Origin: Gemmatimonadota bacterium
Lineage (GTDB): Bacteria > Gemmatimonadota > Gemmatimonadetes > Palauibacterales > KS3-K002
Assembly (NCBI GenBank): GCA_020344215.1
Contig: CP070815.1
Location: 2,490,358 to 2,554,357 of the forward strand
Direction of reading: 5' to 3'
DNA: 64,000 nt
Below the pieces are notes generated by a model. The model was given only the letters and a program-made list of their open reading frames with translations, made no database searches and was not told the DNA's origin. This document shows, one piece after another, positions 55,625 to 64,000 of the stretch. Every line of letters starts with the position of its first letter. The first letter of the stretch is position 1. The position numbers were made by a program, and so were the translations under genes.

Positions 55625-56896
55625 ATGAGTACAACGCCTACCTCGCTCGACATCGCGGAGCTGAAAGCGAAATCGGTCGCTGATCTCCACCAGATGGCGG
55701 AAGAGTTGAACATCCAAAACTACTCTTCCCTCCGCAAGCAGGACCTGATCTTCCGAATCGAACAGAACCTGCTCGACTCCGACGTGATCCTCAGGGCCGA
55801 AGGCGTCCTGGAGATCTTGCCGGAGGGGTACGGGTTCCTGCGGAGCCAGGACTGGAACTACCTGTACGGGCCGGATGACATATACGTGTCACCGTCGCAG
55901 ATCAAGAGATTCGACCTGCGGACGGGCGACACGGTCCTCGGCCAGGTCCGGCCGCCGAAAGAAGGCGAGCGCTATCTGGCGCTGCTCAAGGTGGAGCAGG
56001 TCAACGGTGAGGACCCGGAGAAGTCGAAGCACCGGATCAGCTTCGACAACCTGCGGCCGCGCTATCCGGAGGAGCGGGTCCGCCTGGAGCGCGATAACGG
56101 AGACATCGCCAACCGGGTCATCGACCTCATCACGCCCACCGGTAAGGGACAGCGCGGGCTCATCACCTCGCCACCCAAGGCCGGCAAGACGATTTTGCTG
56201 CAGAAGATCGCCAACGCGATCACCGAGAACCAACCCGAGATCCACCTCATCGTCCTGCTGATCGACGAGCGACCCGAAGAGGTCACCGATATGGAGGAGC
56301 ACGTCGATGCCGAGGTGATTTCGTCGACCTTCGACGAGCCGGCCGATCGCCACACGCAGGTCGCCGAGATGGTGATTGAGAAGGCGAAGCGGCTAGTCGA
56401 GCATAAGCGGGACGTGGTCATCCTGCTGGACTCGATTACGCGGCTCGCCCGCGCTTACAACGTCGTCGTCCCGCATTCAGGCAAGATCCTCTCCGGCGGT
56501 GTCGACGCCAACGCGCTGCACAAGCCGAAGCGCTTCTTCGGCTCCGCCCGCAACCTCGAGGAGGGCGGCAGCCTGACGATCATCGCGACGGCGCTCATCG
56601 AGACCGGCTCCCGCATGGACGAAGTCATCTTCGAGGAGTTCAAGGGAACCGGTAACATGGAGATCGTGCTCGACCGTCATATCGCCGATAAGCGGATCTT
56701 CCCGGCGATCGACATCAACCGCTCGGGCACACGGCGCGAGGAGCTTCTCCTCCCCGAGAAGGAGCTCAACCGGATGTACCTGATCCGGAACTTCCTGGCC
56801 GACATGCCGCCGGCCGAGTCGATCGAATTCCTGATCCAGCGGATGAAGCGGACGCAGGACAATAAGGAGTTCCTCGATTCCATGCAGGAGGGGTAG
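55625..56896 (+). CDS. rho: Transcription termination factor Rho
   Basis: The N-terminal Rho domain, an OB fold, Walker A ([17 protein letters not shown]) and the Q/R loops are all present. Confidence 0.95.
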   Translation: MSTTPTSLDIAELKAKSVADLHQMAEELNIQNYSSLRKQDLIFRIEQNLLDSDVILRAEGVLEILPEGYGFLRSQDWNYLYGPDDIYVSPSQIKRFDLRTGDTVLGQVRPPKEGERYLALLKVEQVNGEDPEKSKHRISFDNLRPRYPEERVRLERDNGDIANRVIDLITPTGKGQRGLITSPPKAGKTILLQKIANAITENQPEIHLIVLLIDERPEEVTDMEEHVDAEVISSTFDEPADRHTQVAEMVIEKAKRLVEHKRDVVILLDSITRLARAYNVVVPHSGKILSGGVDANALHKPKRFFGSARNLEEGGSLTIIATALIETGSRMDEVIFEEFKGTGNMEIVLDRHIADKRIFPAIDINRSGTRREELLLPEKELNRMYLIRNFLADMPPAESIEFLIQRMKRTQDNKEFLDSMQEG

Positions 56897-56898
56897 GG

Positions 56899-56965
56899 AA
56901 TCAAAAAGGGGGGATTCCTGGAGTTTCTTGGGAATTCTCGAACGCCGATTCGAGAATCCCCAAAA
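56899..56965. terminator. Two adjacent hairpins (ggaatc-aaaaagggggg-gattcc and gggaattctcgaa-cgccg-attcgagaatcccc) between convergent rho and the downstream phosphoribosyltransferase gene
   Basis: Seen directly in the sequence, with A/T runs flanking the hairpins. Confidence 0.5.
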
Positions 56966-56969
56966 AACT

Positions 56970-57578
56970 TCAACATTGGTCGTCGAGCCCTTCGTACTCC
57001 GGGTTGACAACGAGTCGCCCGGACTCCTCGTCCACCACTTCTCTATCCCACGGAAAGACCACCGTTCCCTCTGCGGCCAGCGCGTAGTAGTCGGGCTCGT
57101 ACCCACCGACGTGGACTAGTGAGGTGGCGGTGCGCACCTCCGCCGGGTCGACATCGCGTACGGCGGCGAGTGCCAGGCGCAGCGTGTCGCCGGTTTCACA
57201 GATCTCGTCGACCAGCAGGACCCGCCGCCCCGCCAGCTGCGGGGGCGCGGCCGAGAGGATTTCCGGGCGCGAGCGCCTGCCGGCACCCTCCTCGCGCCGG
57301 GTGATCTTGATAGCGTAGAACTCCTTGCCCAACATGGCGGCGATCACCGCGCCGGGTATTACGCCCGCCGCCGCGATCCCGACCACGGCCTCAGGGTCGT
57401 AGTCGCGCGCCACCCGCAGCGCCAGGGCACGGCAGAGTTCACCGAATAGCTCCCAGGAGAGCTCGAACGCTCCCTCCTCCTCGCGGATCTCGGGCAGGAT
57501 CGGCTCGTCTACGATGGCGCACCCCCTGATCGCTGAGAGAATCGCATAGCGGATAGACGTACTAAATAATCCCCCCAC
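56970..57578 (-). CDS. Type I phosphoribosyltransferase (purine PRTase-like)
   Basis: The PRPP-binding motif RRVLLVDEICETGDT is present. The GTG start is uncertain. Confidence 0.6.
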   Translation of the reverse strand: MGGLFSTSIRYAILSAIRGCAIVDEPILPEIREEEGAFELSWELFGELCRALALRVARDYDPEAVVGIAAAGVIPGAVIAAMLGKEFYAIKITRREEGAGRRSRPEILSAAPPQLAGRRVLLVDEICETGDTLRLALAAVRDVDPAEVRTATSLVHVGGYEPDYYALAAEGTVVFPWDREVVDEESGRLVVNPEYEGLDDQC

Positions 57579-57616
57579 CCAGAAACCGGCAACCGGCCTG
57601 AGCTCAGCCCTTCCAT

Positions 57617-57731
57617 CTCCTGCTCGTGCTCGTAAGCGTAAGCGTGATCGTATTCGTAATCGTAATCGACCACGCGCCGGGCAGCGATTGTGACTGCGAT
57701 TACGATCGCGATTACGAGCAGGAGCAGGAGG
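57617..57731. repeat. Copy R5, the best-preserved member of the hexamer-repeat hairpin family: ctcctgctcgtgctcgtaagcgtaagcgtgatcgtattcgtaatcgtaatcg - loop - cgattacgatcgcgattacgagcaggagcaggagg
   Basis: A 35-50-nt inverted repeat made of CGTAAT-type hexamers around a 28-nt loop, lying in the divergent region upstream of gyrA. Confidence 0.7.
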
Positions 57732-57841
57732 AAGAGGTGAGCACGATCGACGCTTGAGGGCGAAGGACTCGGCACTTAAGTTGAGGATGTCCTTTTCGGT
57801 GTATCTTCGCGCCGACCTTCTGGTGGAAGAGGAGTGGGGTT

Positions 57842-60307
<2,466 letters not shown>

Positions 60308-60349
60308 AGCCCGGCACTGACCGTCAGGCACTTACCGAGAAAGGACGCG

Positions 60350-61303
60350 ATGCAGTATCGTCGCCTGGGCAACTCAGGCATCAGGGTCAGCACGATCTCT
60401 CTCGGCAGCTGGTTGACCTTCGGTCACAAGATGGACGAGAAGGTGGCGGCCAAGTGCGTGCACCGCGCTTTCGACCTCGGGCTCAACCTCTTCGACACCG
60501 CGAACGTCTACGCTTCGGGCCGCGGCGAGGAGGTACTCGGTAGGGCGCTGAAGCCGCTGCCCCGCCACGAGTACGTGCTCGCCACCAAGGCCTACTTCCC
60601 AGTCGGCCCCGGGCCCAACGACCGCGGTCTTTCCCGCAAGCACATCTTCGAGCAGGTGCAGATGAGCCTGCGGCGGCTAGGCACCGACTACGTCGACCTG
60701 TTCCAGTGCCACCGCTACGATGACGAGACGCCGCTCGACGAGACGCTCCGGGCCATTGACGATCTGATCGCTCAGGGCAAGGTGCTGTACGGCGGGGTGA
60801 GCTTGTGGTCGGCCGAGAACATCGCCGACGCCGTGAAGCTCGGCCGCGAGTTAGGCCTTCGCCAGCTTGTCTCGAACCAGCCCCAGTACCACATCTTCCA
60901 GCGCGAGATCGAGACGAACGGCGTGCTGGAGGTGTGTGCCCGCGAAGGACTCGGCCTGATTGTGTACTCGCCGCTGGCGCGCGGCTTGCTCTCCGGTAAG
61001 TACACCTCGGTCGACGACGTGCCGTCCGACTCGCGTGCCGCGGACGCGGTCGGCAGGGAGTTCATGGGCCCGTGGTTCACCGAGGAGGGGTTGGAGAGGG
61101 TCTGTGCCCTTGAGGGAGTTGCGGACGAGGCGGGGATAACGCTTCCGGAGCTGGCACTCGCATGGTGCCTGCGGCGGCCCGAGGTCAGTTCTGCCATCGT
61201 CGGCGCCACCAAAGTCGAGCACGTCGAGGCCAACGCCGCGGCCGCCGGTGTCGAGTTGAGCGCCGACGTCGTCGCGGCGATCGATCGGATAACGGAAGGC
61301 TAG
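60350..61303 (+). CDS. Aldo/keto reductase (Kv-beta-like NADPH oxidoreductase)
   Basis: The N-terminal MQYRRLGNSGIRVSTISLGSW and the C-terminal SAIVGATKVEH are present. Confidence 0.9.
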   Translation: MQYRRLGNSGIRVSTISLGSWLTFGHKMDEKVAAKCVHRAFDLGLNLFDTANVYASGRGEEVLGRALKPLPRHEYVLATKAYFPVGPGPNDRGLSRKHIFEQVQMSLRRLGTDYVDLFQCHRYDDETPLDETLRAIDDLIAQGKVLYGGVSLWSAENIADAVKLGRELGLRQLVSNQPQYHIFQREIETNGVLEVCAREGLGLIVYSPLARGLLSGKYTSVDDVPSDSRAADAVGREFMGPWFTEEGLERVCALEGVADEAGITLPELALAWCLRRPEVSSAIVGATKVEHVEANAAAAGVELSADVVAAIDRITEG

Positions 61304-61367
61304 CCGGCTCGGACGACTTGCGCCGGCCACCGCCTGGAAGACGGCTCCGGCGTTCTCCAGCGCCCTG

Positions 61368-61697
61368 CTAGTCGTACTGTAGGGGCTCTAAGAAGATCTC
61401 CATCACGCCGCCGCACACGGCGGGACTCCAGGAAAGGTAGTCGTCGGTCAGGTTCACGCGGACGAGCCTGGGGACGCCGGTCGCGATCACCTCCTGGGCC
61501 GCCACCAGAATTTCCGCTTCGCCGCAACCGCCGCCGATCGTGCCCAGCTGCTCGCCGCCCTCAGCGATGAGCATCTTGCTCCCTGCCCCGCGCGGCGTCG
61601 ATCCTTTGACGCGCACGACCGTGGCAAGCGCCATGCGACTTCCGGCCTGTGCGGCTTTTACAGCTGCGGCATAGATCTCGCGATCGTCCAAGCTCAC
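61368..61697 (-). CDS. xdhC: XdhC/CoxI-family protein, N-terminal domain
   Basis: The segment ALATVVRVKGSTPRGAGSKMLI...GTIGGGCGE is present. Confidence 0.6.
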   Translation of the reverse strand: MSLDDREIYAAAVKAAQAGSRMALATVVRVKGSTPRGAGSKMLIAEGGEQLGTIGGGCGEAEILVAAQEVIATGVPRLVRVNLTDDYLSWSPAVCGGVMEIFLEPLQYD

Positions 61698-62533
61698 TAA
61701 TCCCCTTCCGGCCGACTCGACCGTGCCACGCGGTCGAGCACGCGCTCCTCGTCGCTCAGCCTGCCGCCGGCCCCACTTCTGCGGGTTGCCACGATCTCCC
61801 CGGCGATGGCGAGGGCGATCTCCTCCGGCGTCTCGGCTCCAATATCGAGCCCGATCGGCGCGTGCACATCTTCCAGCCGAGCAGGTTCGATCCCGTCACC
61901 CACGAGCGCCTCGAAGGTGGCACGTACACGCCGCCGGCTTCCGATCATCCCCAGATAGGCCGGCCGCGCGTCCATCTTGAGCAAATGCTGGATGCAGTCG
62001 TAGTCGTACTTGTGACCGCGAGTCACCAGCACGACGTAGCTGTCCGGGCCGATCGCGAGCCGTGCGAACGGGTCGCCAAAATCGATCACACCGACCCGCT
62101 CCGCCTCAGGGAAATGCTCCTTGGTGGCGAACTCGGGTCGGTCATCCAAGACCGTTACCCGGAAACCGAGCATCGCTCCGAGTCGGCAGAGCGGTCTTGC
62201 TATGTGGCCGGCGCCGACGATGAGCAGCTCGGGGATCGCGTGCTGCGGCTCGATGTAGATCTCCCACTTCCCGCCGGGCCCCTCCATCTCCCGGACACCG
62301 CGTTCCCGCACCGCTAGCATCTCCCGGGCCAGCGCAGCCACCCGTTCGTCCAGCTCCGGCCCGCCCAGCGTACCGTGGAGTGAGGCCCCGCTCACCACGA
62401 GCCGCCGGCCCACCGCTTGCCGACCGGGGGCGCTCACCACGGTGGCCAGGGCAACGGGCTCGCCCCCTTGCTGCGCTTCCAGCGCCCAGGCCGCGGCCTC
62501 TGCCGCTGAGACCTCAGCCGCCTTCTCGCTCAC
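61697..62533 (-). CDS. xdhC: XdhC/CoxI-family protein, Rossmann domain (maturation factor for molybdo-enzymes)
   Basis: The segment PVALATVVSAPG...LLIVGAGHIARPLCRLGAMLGFRVTVLDDR is present. Confidence 0.7.
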   Translation of the reverse strand: MSEKAAEVSAAEAAAWALEAQQGGEPVALATVVSAPGRQAVGRRLVVSGASLHGTLGGPELDERVAALAREMLAVRERGVREMEGPGGKWEIYIEPQHAIPELLIVGAGHIARPLCRLGAMLGFRVTVLDDRPEFATKEHFPEAERVGVIDFGDPFARLAIGPDSYVVLVTRGHKYDYDCIQHLLKMDARPAYLGMIGSRRRVRATFEALVGDGIEPARLEDVHAPIGLDIGAETPEEIALAIAGEIVATRRSGAGGRLSDEERVLDRVARSSRPEGD

Positions 62534-63117
62534 TCGAAGTCTCCGAAGTGCATCCGATACTCGTCCGGCGTATCCACATCGACCAGCACACCGCTGTCGC
62601 CCACCTCCACCTCCTCTAAGTCGTCCGCATGCGCGCGGATCACCGACCGCGCCCCTTCCGGGAGCTCGCCGTGCAGCAACTCATCGAACACACTGGCGCC
62701 GAACAGTACCGGATGGCCACGGCGCCCTGCGTGGGTCGGCACGACGACCGGCGCGCTCCCTGCGTGGAAGCTCTCGATCAGCGCTCTCACCGTGGCCGCA
62801 TCGACCAGCGGGTGATCTACAGGCAGAACGACAGCCGCGCTCACGCCCGACGGCAGAGCGCGTAGGCCGGCACGCAGCGAGTCGATCTGCTCGGTCCCCG
62901 CGCCGGCGCCCGGGGTCGAGCGGCCACCGAGGCCCTGGGCAAGGTCGGTCACCTCGGCGTCCGCGTCGTTGAGCACCACTACGACTTCCTCGCAACCGCC
63001 GGCCTGCAGGGCACGGATGGCACGCTCGAGGAACGTTTGGTCACCCACCTTCAACAGAGCCTTCGGCCGGCCCATGCGGTGGGACCGGCCGCCGGCGAGC
63101 ACGATTCCTGTAGTCAT
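62530..63117 (-). CDS. mocA: Molybdenum cofactor cytidylyltransferase-like nucleotidyltransferase
   Basis: The segment MTTGIVLAGGRSHRMGRPKALL is present. The start was set at an internal Met. Confidence 0.65.
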   Translation of the reverse strand: MTTGIVLAGGRSHRMGRPKALLKVGDQTFLERAIRALQAGGCEEVVVVLNDADAEVTDLAQGLGGRSTPGAGAGTEQIDSLRAGLRALPSGVSAAVVLPVDHPLVDAATVRALIESFHAGSAPVVVPTHAGRRGHPVLFGASVFDELLHGELPEGARSVIRAHADDLEEVEVGDSGVLVDVDTPDEYRMHFGDFE

Positions 63118-63953
63118 CAATCGAGCGCCAGGACGATCGACGGCACACCTTCTGTGGGATCCGCGCTCAGCGGACCGGGATCCGAGATCCGGACCAGCGG
63201 TACGACACGCTGCGGTGCGTGCGACACCTCGTCCAATCCGAACAGGCAGATCCGCTTCGGCACCCACTTATCGCTCCCGTGGATCCCCAGCCGGATCTCG
63301 CCGGTCTTGCTTGCGGCCAGCTCACCTTTGGTGAACGGGACTTCCACCGCCAGCTCGTAAATGTTGGCGGTGTCGATCTCGAGGTCCGTCTGCGGAGTGT
63401 CGGTGACGATGTGATGGGCCACCAGTCCTGCGTCCGCCCTGATCCGCACCCAGATCGGATCGTCGGTGCCAGCGTACGGAGCATCATAGGTAACGACGAC
63501 CAGCAGCATCCGCCGGATCGGCGTGTCGGCCGCCCCGCTGGTCACACGTCGGACGGGCAGCGAAGAAACGCCGGCCCGCTCGTCGCCACTCAGCGCGTCG
63601 GTCAGACCCATGTCGAGCGCCAGCGGTATCGTGCCTTTCTCTCTCGACCTGGCCCAGACCAACGCCAGCCCCGGCTCCCAGGTCTCGTACTCATCGAAGG
63701 CCAGCCGCACCTGGAGATCGTCGGGGCCGAGCCGGTCGTCACGGATGTCCTCCATCCCCTCCAGCGGCAGCGCCTCGAAATAGTACAGACACTCCTTCCG
63801 CTTCAGACTGCCGACCGTCTCAGGAGACCTCATCTCCTTGTCGAGAACGTCACGACCGCCCTGATTGATAACGAGCCGGGGCCTCGCCGAGGTCCCGCTC
63901 TTGCGTCCGGTCCGTGTCCGGATCGCTGCCGATACGGATGTGAGCACACCCAT
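63117..63953 (-). CDS. Hypothetical protein with a PLAT/LH2-like beta-sandwich domain
   Basis: The segment VVVTYDAPYAGTDDPIWVRIRADAG...EIRLGIHGSDKWVPKRICLFG resembles PLAT consensus features. Confidence 0.4.
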   Translation of the reverse strand: MGVLTSVSAAIRTRTGRKSGTSARPRLVINQGGRDVLDKEMRSPETVGSLKRKECLYYFEALPLEGMEDIRDDRLGPDDLQVRLAFDEYETWEPGLALVWARSREKGTIPLALDMGLTDALSGDERAGVSSLPVRRVTSGAADTPIRRMLLVVVTYDAPYAGTDDPIWVRIRADAGLVAHHIVTDTPQTDLEIDTANIYELAVEVPFTKGELAASKTGEIRLGIHGSDKWVPKRICLFGLDEVSHAPQRVVPLVRISDPGPLSADPTEGVPSIVLALD

Positions 63954-64000
63954 GTTTCAGTCCCCCACTCGGGCTCGGACCGCGAACGGCACCACGTCCG

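Overview
This 64 kb window is very GC-rich (about 68-70% GC) bacterial chromosomal DNA. Gene density is high, with roughly 60 protein-coding genes. No rRNA genes, tRNA genes or CRISPR arrays were found. Two large ADOP-type MacB/FtsX permeases and many secreted or outer-membrane proteins point to an Acidobacteria- or Gemmatimonadota-like Gram-negative organism. That placement is an inference from gene content only.

Gene content by region:
- 1-4.5 kb: a 5'-truncated subtilisin (S8 peptidase) gene, a PrcB-like lipoprotein, a 56-aa zinc-ribbon ORF below the ORF-track size cutoff, a lipoprotein and an S15 (CocE/NonD) peptidase.
- 5.0-7.2 kb: an imuA-imuB translesion cassette with no adjacent dnaE2.
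- 7.5-13.2 kb: an ABC ATPase convergent with two tandem ADOP permeases.
- 13.3-25 kb: a BNR/sialidase-like lipoprotein, a Cys-rich 4Fe-4S protein, a family-4 uracil-DNA glycosylase, a large HExxH lipoprotein, an SH3b protein, small outer-membrane beta-barrel proteins and a TonB-dependent receptor.
- 25-30 kb: molybdenum-cofactor genes (mobA, moeA) and etfBA.
- 31-33.4 kb: a cluster of endonuclease IV, a CpxP-like periplasmic protein, a zinc-finger (ZAS) anti-sigma factor and an ECF sigma factor.
- 34-39 kb: an ACE-like HEMGH metallopeptidase, a cupin protein and two zinc-dependent alcohol dehydrogenases.
- 39.4-39.9 kb: an AhpD/carboxymuconolactone-decarboxylase-family gene interrupted by an in-frame TGA that sits exactly at the second cysteine of the C-x-x-C-x-x-x-H active-site motif. 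A stem-loop resembling a bacterial selenocysteine insertion element (SECIS) follows 13 nt downstream, so it is treated as a selenoprotein candidate.
- 40-42.5 kb: an ECF-type cobalt/nickel transporter (CbiM fused to a PDGLE domain, CbiQ, CbiO).
- 42.6-45 kb: three outer-membrane beta-barrel genes, two of them tandem duplicates.
- 45.5-49.3 kb: a copper cluster of csoR, a periplasmic protein and copA. The csoR promoter carries a palindromic operator over the -10 element.
- 49.6-64 kb: a dihaem cytochrome c, pgsA, an epimerase, a NUDIX hydrolase, an MlaD-like protein, a site-2 protease, rho, gyrA, an aldo/keto reductase, xdhC, mocA and a PLAT-domain protein.

The main non-coding signal is a set of intergenic hairpin elements built from short tandem units. 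Five copies of a hexamer-based element (CTCCTGCTCGTAAT...ATTACGAGCAGGAG) lie at 14.75, 24.85, 28.40, 49.38 and 57.62 kb. A heptamer-based element lies at 16.50 kb. Compound direct and inverted repeats lie at 36.83 and 39.13 kb. All coordinates come from the ORF track where possible. Features counted by hand in the printed sequence can be off by 1-2 nt.
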